DNA of 64,000 nucleotides from Ptychomitrium polyphyllum (lineage: Eukaryota): NCBI GenBank assembly GCA_973851085.1, contig OZ316776.1, positions 806,001 to 870,000 of the forward strand, read 5' to 3'. A program made the position numbers and the translations under genes. The notes below the pieces were generated by a model. The model saw nothing but the letters and a program-made list of their open reading frames with translations, was not told the origin of the DNA and made no database searches. This document shows positions 28,283 through 40,042 of the stretch, piece by piece (positions within the stretch are counted from its first letter, which is position 1; each line of letters starts with the position of its first letter).

Positions 28283-30190
28283 CCGTCCAGAGCTTGTTCA
28301 CAGCAATCGTCTGGACTGTCAGGTGTTTGTCTTGCGCCACAGTCACCTTCGTTCTTCTCAGACTTTCGACATCGCTCTGCGTCCGCTCGTCGGTGAGGTA
28401 TACCGTTCCTTCTTCGTCTTGCGATCTCGTCAGAATCGGGACTCCTTCACTGGATCTCAGTGTTCTCGCCCTGAACTCTGAGTGTGCAGTACCCACTGGT
28501 ACGGCCGTTGTTGGTGCTTTTCTGGTCGTCCAATCTTTTCAGATGCAAGTGTTTGCTTTGAGTGTGCAGACTCTGGGTACCCCTCACTAGCCGTGGATGT
28601 AGATTTCCATTTCGTGGACTTGGTTGCGGGTAGTTCGAGGAGTTGGAGTCGTCAGCACCTTGGATTTCCTAAACCGTTCAAAACTCCATCAAGCTCGCCT
28701 ATCTACTTAGATCCTTCTGGCAATTCAAGACAATATTACGTTGCAGATGAGTATACTCTTCTCATCTGTGCGTGGGCATCGTCTTCCTCTTCTGATCAGG
28801 ACCTTGGACCCGAGTGGGTTCTCAGGGTGTTCACGAAGGGCACTTTGCTGCAACACTTGCAAGCCCAGTTGCTCCACGGAATGCTGCAGGTTAATGGAGG
28901 TGTAGAGACTTGTTCCAAAGCTTGAGAATCCTCAACCAGAGAGGTTCATGTATGATATACAATGTGCGACATTATTGAAGGATGGCAGATTGCTCTTCTA
29001 CTGATCCAGGAATGTTATCAATCACAACATGTCAACATCTATTGGGAAGAACTGTGACTCATTTTGAAAGGACATTGAGTATGTTGGAATGATCATGTAT
29101 AGTATTGTGCTTGTGATGGAGTGGTTGTACAAACGCAACATTGTTCATAAGAACCTCAAAGCATAGAATGCGCTAACAAGGGGAACTTTATTCATTGGAT
29201 ATTGGTGTAGTTTTGTTATAGATTATGAATGTTCAATTGGAGTTGTAGGAATGAGATTTTGAAGGACAATTAAATATTGCAAGCATGCAAAAAAAAAATG
29301 TAGCTACAAGATTGGAGTTGTTTACAAAACAAATAGACATTTATAGTTATGGAATGACATGTTACAAGATATTGACAAAGAAAGTTCTTTTCAAAGGTCT
29401 TCCATTCAATGATTATAGGCTTGTCTTCAATAGGAATTGATTAAAGGAGATAGAGCATGTTGATGATTGGACATGTGGTATTTTGAATTGGTGTTAGGAA
29501 GTCAATTCCATTGATAGACCATCATTTGCAGAAATATCAAACTTGCTTAAAGCTATCTTGACAATTGTCAAAGAATTTAAGTTCCATTATAAATTTGTGA
29601 CTTTAAAGGCAAGTAATTTTGGCAAAAGACTTGGATGAATCAAGAGTTTGATGGAGTTGAAGCTTAAGTGAGAAAATTTAATTAAAAAAGTTCATATTTA
29701 TGGAAGGTTAGTTTGTCAAACCAAATATTAAGGACAAATAGCACTTTTAATTTTATCAAGTTTAATATTTTTTTTGCAAAACGCAATTTCATAACAATTT
29801 GCGCCATATTGAATTAAAACCATTTATTTTGTACCAAAGCTTGAGAAATTATTGACACTTTGCTTTCTATGGACTTCATGTATAATACATTGACTTCTAT
29901 CACTCATTTGATGGACTTGTTCATGAGCAAATAAACTAAAAAGTTGAATTTATTTTACTGATACAAAAGGAACATATAAGATGTTTTGGCAGTATGTGCT
30001 TTATTTAGACAAAATTTACAACGTAGGTTCTCAATCCTTAGATTAGTTAAGTTTGAAGTTTGAAGAAACATCTCAATGTAATATAACTTTGAAATGCTTT
30101 GTGTTGGGTTTTGATTTAAGCCTATAGGCAGTTATTGTTGTTTTAAGGAATGAAGATAGAAAGTTAGGTTAAAGGTTGTAGCAATGCTTC
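28283..30190 (+). mobile_element. Dispersed repeat module copy 2 (lacks ~630 bp present in copy 1)
   Basis: Collinear with 18197-20760; joins tctgatcaggacct (cf. 18717-18730) almost directly to gagtgggtt (cf. 19361). Confidence 0.55.
28811..29560 (+). pseudogene. Protein kinase pseudogene, copy 2 (5' truncated)
   Basis: EWVLRVFTKGTLLQHLQAQ, CATLLKDGR, MEWLYKRNIVHKNLKA*N, IDYECSIGVVGMRF*, QIDIYSYGMTCYKIL, NWC*EVNSIDRPSFAEI; many stops. Confidence 0.88.
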
Positions 30191-30910
30191 TATTCATTAG
30201 CCACCTTAAGCACTAAAAAGCCAACTTTGCTCAGAAATGATGCTTGTATTTTATATTCTACGTTCCAACCACAATTTCATGTTGAGCATGTTGAGCATGT
30301 ACATTGGACACTGGAGCTTCTTGTCTAGGTATATAAGGCAATATTCACACATTGATCTAATGACCAAATTTAAGTCATTTTGATCCATTTGCAAAAGATT
30401 GAGACTGAAGTGTACTTGGACTGTATGCGATAAGAACACAAGAGAGTAGTTTACTAGAATTCAATGAAGGAAGACGTTATGCAATTTAGTTGTTGCATGA
30501 GGATGTTGGCAGGAATGTGTGAACATGTGTCTTCGTTGAATTTGGGCCGAAATCCTTTTATATGTATTTGTTGTTGCTCCGACATCAATCTGCTTTGACC
30601 TTCTGGAACCGCAGTAGGTGATTCTTGTATATTTCCGTGCCTTGCCCACCTCATGGTGCTTGTATCCTTGTCAATAAAACCGTGCAGCCTCTGTGATGAA
30701 GTCCATGTGCAAAATTTTCTTGCCTCCAAAGATTCTGGAACCGAGAATTAAAAAGTTTGGTGTTTGCGACTCTGTCTGTTGAGGAACCCATGGAAAGCAG
30801 GCTTGTCGGCAGCACAACGGGTAAACAGTTGGTGTTATCTGGTCTTAATTGCCAAGAGACTAGTTAGAAAATGCATTGCTGTCTGGTCGAGGCATTGCAG
30901 CCTCCTTACA

Positions 30911-31028
30911 ATGGACCCTGAGCGCAACGAGGACCGGGTGGTAGCGGGGATCCGTTCCCTGGCACGACCAACAACCATCACGTGAACGGCTTCACTAACC
31001 CCTTGACAAAGCTTACAGCAGCGCTACC
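30911..31028 (+). pseudogene. Frameshifted fragment resembling the C-terminal motif of M6 (immune inhibitor A-like) metallopeptidases
   Basis: Two 1-nt frame corrections give MDPERNEDR/xGSGDPFPGTTNNHHVNGFTNPL/xKAYS, similar to the recalled motif DLERNxNRGDxGDPFPGxxNNxxFxxxxNPxxKAY. Confidence 0.45.
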
Positions 31029-32134
31029 ATGTCATGCTGTCTCATACATGTCAGCAACGCTCGTCCTACCATGTCCATGAAAATCACGGCGTAGACACAA
31101 ATCAGGCACGTTTGCAAACTCAAGAGCAATCCTGAGTCTAATTGACCTTCTTTGGTTATGAAAAGAAGAGCTTATCGGAGCTGCCTGTGAATAGATGCCT
31201 TAACCTGTGAATCTTACAGGCTCTGCTAAGCACACCTCCCGTGCTATCCTGCTTTACAAAGCTTTACAAAGCTTTACAATAATGAGGAAGCAAGTCTTAC
31301 ACTACAACATCTTCCGTTTGCCTCTAAATGAGACTGGTCGATTGAGCAGTGCAGTGACACCATCAAGTCAATTCACAGATTCTCATTGAAATTTAAACAC
31401 TTGACATTCTCAATTTTCCATGCTCACTGTGATGCTTGTGACCACGAACGCATCATCTACCGGTATATATGGAAGGAGCAGGAAAAGTTTTCACCTTACG
31501 TTTAGTTTCAGCATCAGTCAAAGTGCCAAAAAACCATATCGTTTGATTGTCTCGATGCTTCGACTAGCATACATTAGCTCGGCGAGGAAGCAAACGGGTC
31601 AGATCCTTCTGGTTTTACAATATGATGAATGGAGGATTCACGCGTCTGCGTGAGAGGTGCTCGCCACTATACCTTGTTAATAAGAGCACCCCCATATCTG
31701 ACCCCTCTGACCTTCTCCCCGCTCCATACAACATAATTGATATGTACTTCTGACCATCCGAAATCATTATTTCAGCTGTGACCTCAGTAAAATTTAAAAT
31801 GAGTAATAGCATTACCAGCTTGAAGCCGTGCCAGTGGAGTACAGCTGAATTTCCAAGCTGAGCAAATCATACGAATGGATCACCAGGCCACTGAAACGGT
31901 TGTCATATCTTTGAATGATAAATTTACATAAGCTTCAAAATCTGTACACTGAACACTCAGTAAACTATCCTTGACTAACTACATTAACATGCTATTCCAA
32001 TTTTCCATCACTCTGCCATAGAAGTACTGCAGCAACCGCTACAACCTACTCGAGTGTTCAGCGCTGCCAAATGTCCGAAGGGACATTTGTAAACGGTGTA
32101 AGGTACGTGTCTGGGAGAAAATACAGACTCTAAG

Positions 32135-34080
32135 TTAATCCTCGTCGTCTTCTTCGTCCATGAGATCATCAAAATCATCGTCCCCATCGCCCAAAGCTTC
32201 ATCAGGGGACTGCGGAGCAGTAGCCGGAACTGGAGTTGCGGCGGTGGCGGCTGCCGCTGCCCCCTTGCCCTTCGCCTTCTTAGAAGGCGCAGTGGTGCGA
32301 GGGGCAGGTTCTTCAGCCTCTGCCTCAGCATCATCATTTGCGTCTTCCTCTTGTTCCACAACCTCAACATGTGGTTCTCAGTCAAGGATCAGTGCCGAAC
32401 ATTATCAGTTTTGGGGAGGAAAAAAAAACAAGCAAAAAAAAAATACAAAAACAGATAACTAGAGGACCACTCTGAAAAAAGGCCTCGAGTATCTCTTTGC
32501 TCATACCAAACAACCCCACCCACACACTTTGGAAGCACCCAGTAAAAGGATATCGACATCACGTGCAGTTCCGCCGGCCATGATATTTTGCAGATCATTC
32601 TCGACTTGTTGAACCAAGTCCGGCTGTGCCCAAGAATCACCAAACAGATGATAACAGCTCAATGCCTTGAAATAAAATTCACATAATATCCTCTCGAAAC
32701 ATTTTTTCATGCAAAATTATAATTCTTTCACCAATTTTTTTAAATGAATACACTTGTGATTTCTTGCTGATACCTTGATGCAACAAAAAATTGTATAAGA
32801 ACAAGTTTCAATACATTTTCTAACCAAACAAATTTGACAAAAACTCACATTGATATCTGGTTCACGACGAAACCGTCGCCGCCGAGCATCACGCATGGCT
32901 GGAGTCAATCCATGCTTGTATTCTGGCCCTTCTGGAGTTGCATCCCCTTCTTCCTGCACCATGATTATCTGCACACATATGCAGCTTTATGTGAATGCTC
33001 CAAAACCTGATCATCCTAAAAAAATATGAACCTACTCCAACGCTCATAAGCTGCAAGTGCGAACATGGAAAGAGAACTAGACAAGCACTAGTGAACACAG
33101 GGTGTGAAGACAGATTTCTCAAACAATGTTCAACCTCATGACGAGTAAAACAACGGAGGAGACATCTTGAATAAGCATACTCTCTATGAATTGATAGTCT
33201 CAGCTAGAGTCATCAAAGAATTGCTGAAAAGCTAAGAACGACCAACCAAAAATCCAGAAAATAAATGTAACAAGTTGAGATCACAGAAGCAAAACCTGCC
33301 CAATGTCCGCTGTCTTAATAAGCACGTTGTCGTCATACGTCTTGTACGACTCCAGGACGCAAGGCAAATCCAGTAATGATGCTTGAAAGCGGTCACCTCC
33401 TATCGTGAATGTGCCCGACCTCCCGTCTGCTTAGAAAATTTATCGGATCATACAAAAATTTGTACCATAATATCTTGACGGATTAACCACAACAGAAGGT
33501 TCATCTAAGCAGCTGCTTCCCAGGACGTTATGCAAATGCTCACAAGAAGGCCAAAGCTCCTCTATGTTTAAATTTTCAAATTCATGAACAATACTCAATA
33601 CACAGGCGTTCTACTAAAAGCAAACTAGGGGAGGAAAAAACGATTCAAAAACTTCAATAATATTTCTAGGTAATGTGTCAGTAATAGGATAGTTTTCCTT
33701 GTACAAGCCATGCTCAAAATTCTCGACAAAAGCAGCCCAAAAATTACAGTTAAAAAGACAGTGCGGTTCATTAGAGCAGAGATCACAGCTGCACGAAGCT
33801 CTTAACAAAAATTCTTCAAAGCATGAAATAAGAACCACGCACGCAATCTAAGACGCTTTCTTCTTGAGCTGGCGAAAGAGAGATCTACGACGCACCTTTG
33901 GTAAGCATTCGCAAACTATGCAAACTAAAACAACACAATAATCGAACTGGTTGAGAACCGCTGACCTTGAAAGGCAAGGTCGAGAAGCTCATCACTGGCG
34001 CTTGCAGGGTTATCGTTCAAAACTCGGTCTAGACGCTCTGCGACGGATTGCGGCACACGAAGAATGAAGTGCTCTTCCAT
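32135..34080 (-). CDS. TAF7: Transcription initiation factor TFIID subunit 7
   Basis: Exons 34080-33966, 33426(or 33429)-33296, 32968-32849, 32623-32554, 32370-32135. MEEHFILRVP, LLDLPCVLESYKTYD, KTADIGQ, HGLTPAMRDARRRRFR; acidic tail. Confidence 0.95.
32371..32553 (-). other. U12-type (minor spliceosome) AT-AC intron in TAF7
   Basis: 5' site ATATCCTTTT, branch point TCCTTGAC 10 nt before the terminal AC; removal gives in-frame ...ARDV-D-VEVVEQEED. Confidence 0.92.
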
Positions 34081-34571
34081 TCTGAAACCACTCGAACCAA
34101 CAAACTCAAACACCAGTCACTCCCCACGTTCTCTCACCACCCTACCCTCCAAGAGAATTACATCGCCTTCGCCTTGTCACGACTAAGCAGAAACGCACTT
34201 AACCACCTCCACTTCCCCCGAAAAGCCAAACTTTCCACAATCTGCTCAACTTTTCACGTTGTCGGTCATCTCGGTGATGGCACTTCGCAACTCAACTGTG
34301 AAAGCTTTGCAAGAGGATATAAAAAATAAAGTTCTCGCGCTCCAAGGAAAGCCCCAACTCCAGAGAAGTTGGTCTTAAATCTGGAACCCTAGTTAACGTG
34401 GCCAGCCCTAAAAATGGACCTCCGTCTGAAATACGGAAAAACATTAAGCACCTTTGCTGTCTGCAGATTTCAGTCTCATCTCCGCTTCCAGTGGAGTTGT
34501 TCGGTTTACACTACAGACCCAGCAACCCGCAAGACGATTGAGACGAGTTGGCTTGCTGTGAGGTGTTCAGG
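34081..34571. promoter_or_regulatory. Compact bidirectional promoter/leader region between TAF7 and RPB10
   Basis: Divergent ATGs separated by 491 bp; telo-box-like AACCCTAG at ~34385 and ACGTGG at ~34396. Confidence 0.55.
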
Positions 34572-35835
34572 ATGATCATTCCTGTGCGCTGCTTCACCTG
34601 CGGCAAGGTATGCGCTCCTTTCAAAGTCCTGATTTCTTCCCTGTTTCCACAAAGTGTGATGGCCGGTTTGTGGTGCGGTGCAAATACAGCAGAAGAGAGA
34701 ATATGGCATATTTAATAAGATTTGAGCGAATTGTTTTTTCCGGCAACGGTTTAGGCGGCCATTGTTGGCGTATCTGGGTATGGGTGGCCTAAGCTGTTGG
34801 AGTATTCGTAGTGGCCTAGAAGTGGGACGAAGTGATTTATCCTTAGATCTCCTTCAAACCAGGAGTTACTTGTTGTTTCCCCGTTTTTAAGTATCTTGGT
34901 TGGATGGTGGAAACGATTTAGGCTATATTGTCGAATTTTCCTCTAGGTTGATAGGTCTATGTTCGTGTGTTCTATCATTTACTTTCTATTAGTTTCTCAA
35001 ATAAGGTCTGGTTACTGCAATAAGAGAGAGTAGGACTGTGAAACTCTAGTGTTGAGGAACAATGCAATAAAACTTGAGGATTAGGATTTTGGAAAGGTTT
35101 ATCACAGTAGAGAAGCCCTGTCGCAAGAACGTTGACACCGATAGAGCTTCAAGAGTATGTTGTCTTTCACCTCTTGATTTTGCTTTGGTCATGTGCTCGC
35201 CCAGTTCTGAAATTCCGGAAGCTACCAAGGAACATGTGAGGGTAATTCTTGAACTTCGTAGCACTGTTCATTTAGGGAAACCAAGTAAAAGCTTGATGGC
35301 AATACTGCTGGGTTATGAATTTGTGGGGTATGTATTCATGGTCCCTGTTGGGTGCTTGTGCAGGTGATTGGAAACAAATGGGACACATATCTCGACCTTT
35401 TGCAGGCCGATTATTCTGAGGGGTATGAACACAACCTTGAATGACTACAGTCGAGATTGTTTGTGTATTGAGCGTCGATGCGCTTGTTGAGAGTATAACT
35501 CACTACTGCCCTCTTGCTAGTTACATCTTTAATGCATCTCGGAATGCAGGTTAATGGATGATTTGTTTCACAAAGGCACAGCTTAGAAACTATTTGTGTT
35601 GGTTGCGTTACAGAGATGCTCTGGATGCCCTGGCTCTGGTCCGGTACTGCTGCCGGCGCATGCTGATGACCCATGTGGACCTCATTGAGAAGCTTCTGAA
35701 TTACAATAGTAAGGATTGCCTGCCCCTCTAAGGTTCTGCTTTTACTGAGTGGCACACTGGTTTCTCGGAGCAAAATATTGATGGTTTCCTTACGTTGGCT
35801 GTGCAGCTTTGGAGAGGAATGAGAACGCGAACTGA
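34572..35835 (+). CDS. RPB10: Shared RNA polymerase subunit RPB10 (RPABC5), 72 aa
   Basis: Exons 34572-34607, 35364-35422, 35614-35708, 35807-35835: [72 protein letters not shown]. Confidence 0.97.
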
Positions 35836-36639
35836 AACCGTTCACAGGCAGCAGTGATAGCAGAGAAATGCTCATGGACTATGAATAACCTTGTTTGTAT
35901 GTTTTACGATCTAAAAACTGGCTGGATAACTTCCCAAGATGTTTTCACATAGACGAGCATCATGCCTATTCCAAGTTATGGACCATGATTTCGAAAAAAC
36001 GAATCATATTATGCATGTATTGCATTAAAGCAGACAAGAATCAACCTGCAGAACCAGCAGAAAGTTCTATGTTTTGGGTATCTTACAATGGCTAACTTCA
36101 TTTGACATAAATCGAAGTGTGGGTGCTGAGCATACCCTGCATAGTGAACAATTTTCACAAAAACAAATAGTTTGTGCATTGTGCAGTAAGTTTTTGGTAC
36201 CTTGTAGCTGACTTCTCACTTGAACAATTTATGTCCTGTCAGCACAGATGATGCTATTCTTGTGTGTAGAGAAGCTTTGGAGAGGAATGAAGTTCTTCTG
36301 TGTAGAGAAGCTTTTAATCAAATTGTTTATATCCTCCTTTCTGAATAACAAGTCGTAATTGCTATGACTGATTGTTACTCAGTGCTCCATTTGCTTTCAA
36401 TTCACGAAATTACAGTGCTGAACTTTAAAATCACCAGAATCTAGTTCCATTATTGAAACGCCCACTCAAAGCACCTGACTTAAAGGGTGTTCTTGTCATT
36501 TACATATCGGGTCTTCTTAGCTCATATCAGTACGCTGGCCTACTACCGGTACGAAAAATGACTTAACAGCTCCTGCATCTTCACAGTGATGTCAAACACT
36601 GTCACGGTGATGAACACTATACACAACCAGTGAAATGTA

Positions 36640-38076
36640 TTAAAATGACATCTCTCCGCGGCACTTATCTGACCAGAACTTTCCCACAGGGTACCCTTCG
36701 GGAGGATGAAGCACCAGCCAAAGCCCTGTCATGGCACCTTCTTCAACTGTGTGGCCTCGGTTGCTTGTCATGGTGGTACTTGTGTAGCCAGGGGTGAAGC
36801 TGTTCACATACACCTTCTGCCCATCTGGTCGGTTGCTCATCTCACGAGCCACGACACTCATGTAGGCATTCACAGCCATTTTTGAGACGCAGTAGCTTGG
36901 TGACCAACCTCTTCTTGGCCATCCTCCTGGCCCCTTCCCTGTCTTCATCTCTTGTAGGTAGGACTCAACAAATTCATCCACCTTCTCTTCTGTGATTCGT
37001 TCTCGGTTTGCAAGCTCCTTACGGTAATCATTCGTAAGAGACTGACCAACACATCCACATTAGTAAGTCAAGTTTGTATCCAACACTCAAATTACTGGAA
37101 CCGAAAAGTCTTCATAGTTCTTCACTAACAGCTCCTAAACAAAGAATTTTCTATGGAGGTTTCGTGTTTAAGGACATTCAGTGATGTTAACAAATGAAGA
37201 GCAGATTCATCAACAGAAAATAGGTTTAGGGTTTAGCGTACGTGCAACTGGCCCAAGCCAGACGAGACCATGATGACACGAGCACCGGCTGATGACGGTC
37301 GAAGAATAGGCAGAACTGCTTTCGTGACATTCTTCACACCGTAGTAATTTGTCTGCAACGTTGTGATATCTGTTTCCACGCTTTCATTATCATTGAACAG
37401 AACACCAGCATTGTTTATCTGCACCACCAGAGTGCTCCATTCATAAGCTTCACTTCTAATACCAACAGCATCATACGGCACCTAATTCACCATATAGACG
37501 AAACCATTATGAATATAAGCCCTAAATAGACATAAGCAATCTACTCTGATTCTACAACAAACAGCGATGTATTCCAAACGAACGTTGACCAAACCCTACC
37601 AAAATATCAGCTCCACCATACGTCTGCTCGAGCCACGTCGAGAGAGTGATTGCAGACTTTTCACTGCAAACATCAAGCGGGTGAAACGCAATGCGGTCCG
37701 ACCCAGTCTCAGTCCTCAGAGCTTCAACTGCCTTCGTCCCTCGGCTCACATCACGTGCTGTCATCACAGTGGTGACGCCATTCCTTGCAAGCTGCCGCGC
37801 AATCTCATACCCAACACCTTTGTTTGAACCGGTCACTACTGCCACAGAGTTCGGTGACCACCACCTACACAGAACCCCACCAGCAAGGACATGATTCAAA
37901 CGCTAGAAACCAAAGAGCTTAATCTACTGTTGCAGCTTCTCTGTCATATCTCACACAACATCCACATCACAGCATCACCAAAACACTTCCAGGACGCAAC
38001 ACTTCCCTACTTCCCATCAACTCATGACCCATCCAACTGCACCCCATACCACATACCTCATTTCATCACCCACCAT
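36640..38076 (-). CDS. Short-chain dehydrogenase/reductase, carbonyl reductase/(+)-neomenthol dehydrogenase-like
   Basis: Exons 38076-38057 (MVGDEMR, inferred), 37864-37600, 37418-37242, 37041-36640. VVTGSNKGVG, INNAG, TNYYG, VSSGLG, catalytic YCVSK, TPGYTST. Confidence 0.92.
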
Positions 38077-39856
38077 AGCTCACAAGAGATGGAAAAAGTA
38101 ACCTCCGAAAAGTTAACTCTCAATTAAAAAAAAGGACTGGTATTCAGTGCTGTCTCCAGTACAAGAACGCTGAGTCTCTGACTCTGTTGAAGGCAACTAA
38201 GAGTGAGAAACCCCCTTGCAGAAAGAAATCTAGGACTTTAGTAGTATGGGCTCAGTTCTGACAGCAGAGCTGAGAAATGAGTTGCAGGTGTGAGTTTCAG
38301 ATCAGTACCTGTGCATGGCACCAGGTTTTATATAGTGGAGCCCGAAGGAGTGAGATGATTTGTGAGGAGGACAAGTTTGCATGACTGCATAACCTTGTGT
38401 GTGGGAGAGCCACCTGCCGCGGTGCTTTGGGAAACTTCGAGTGGGCTTTCAAAGGAAGGCCAGTGTGCCAGGCAACTCCTTCACACCCAATTAGCACCGC
38501 CTGGCTTCCTGCTTCAATTCTCACGACCTCACGGCCTCTCTGTGACAGCAGCAGCACGGTAGATTTCCCATGACCGATGTACTTTTACGACGGGGCCATG
38601 CAGATCCTAAAACCGAGAGTGGAGTTGGGTGGAGCAGTAGGGTGATTTCTACGAAGCCCATGGATTCTTCTCGCCCATGTGGTATATTTTGGATCCTGCT
38701 TTTTTCAACTCCAGCGGTTTGCTGAGTCTTGTGGTGAGTTTGAAAAGTAGTATTTCCCTTGTGTTTCCATTTTGTTGGTTGAGCATCTTTCTAAAATGGA
38801 GACTTTATAAAGTATGCTCCATTGCTATGTGTATACCAAATTGCTTAAAGCGGCGGTAATGGAAATATATCTTACATTCTTTGAGCAAGATATTAGAAAT
38901 TTTTCAAATCATTGCAGTAGGTGGTTCTGTTATAAGATTTAAAAAAAAGATTAATATGATTTTTAAACCTATACAATTATGGGATTATTTTACTTTAGTA
39001 ATGTACACTTATTTAGCATGTGTATGTGCTACTAATTATGTATTTAAAAATCTTTTCTTTGTGTTGGAAATAACAAAACTAGAAGTTGTAGAAAGTAGTC
39101 TTTTTTATTCTTCTTGCAATGCACCAATCTAATGGCCAACAATCCTTACTCCCTTCAAATTCAAACCATTTTAGTATAGTCCATCCATAAGATTGTTGCA
39201 AAATTAAAAAACTGCTAGTTGAAAGCATTCCAAAACATGTATAGTTCTATGAAGTAACAACTTGCTTTGACTAATAATTACATTCCATTTTTGGCAATCT
39301 AGTTACTATTAAGTACCAACCTAAATGATCATTGTCTATATTTATACATAATCATTGAATAAGTATAGAGTAATATATACATATTTTGACTTCTATTAAC
39401 GTGAAGTGATCTAAAATAGTGACTTGATTTATCATCATGAACTATTAGAATTGACAGGAATTTGAAAAGTATGTAGATATGATTATAAGGATGTAATATA
39501 TTTTAGCTTTAGATTTTAGATTGTGATATTAAATTGATAAATATCATGCACTTTGAAAATTTAGAATATATTCATATAATGTCCAGTTAACATATTTAAA
39601 AACATGTCAAAATCATTTTGTACAATATAATCTTATGTTAATTTGAAATATTTTTTGATGGTAACTATTAGAGACACAAGAAACAAAAAGCAAAAATGAA
39701 GTGTTTCTCAAGAATTAGCTTCCAAAGAATTAATGATTAACAAAAATTTAATATAAAAATTAAAACAAGGCAAGATACAATATAATCCACAACTTGTATT
39801 AGCAAGATTGAGGAATACCTTGTCTTGCCTCTTATTTATATTATGATGCTTATATC

Positions 39857-40042
39857 TCCTAGGATATTTCTAAAGAAGCTTCGAACTTTCTTAGGAAGTT
39901 TCCTAAAGAAGTAAAACCTTCATAGGAAGTTTTCTGAGATAATGGAACCTTTGTTGGAAATTCCCTGAGATGATAGAATCTTCTTAGGAAGTTTCTTGAC
40001 ATGGTGCAACTTTCCTTAGAACTTTCCCAAGGACGTAAAAAT
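39857..40042 (+). repeat. Degenerate 31-bp minisatellite (~6 units) in an AT-rich tract, possibly an LTR remnant
   Basis: ttcttaggaagtttcctaaagaagtaaaacc / ttcataggaagttttctgagataatggaacc / tttgttggaaattccctgagatgatagaatc / ttcttaggaagtttcttgacatggtgcaact. Confidence 0.8.

Noticed and set aside
31251..31279. (GCTTTACAAA)x3 micro-tandem
   Set aside because: Simple slippage repeat with no functional context.
37221..37236. Telomere-like TTTAGGG tract in an SDR intron
   Set aside because: Only about two units; too short to call an interstitial telomere.
39857..40042. CRISPR-like array
   Set aside because: Contiguous degenerate units with no unique spacers, no cas genes, eukaryotic context.
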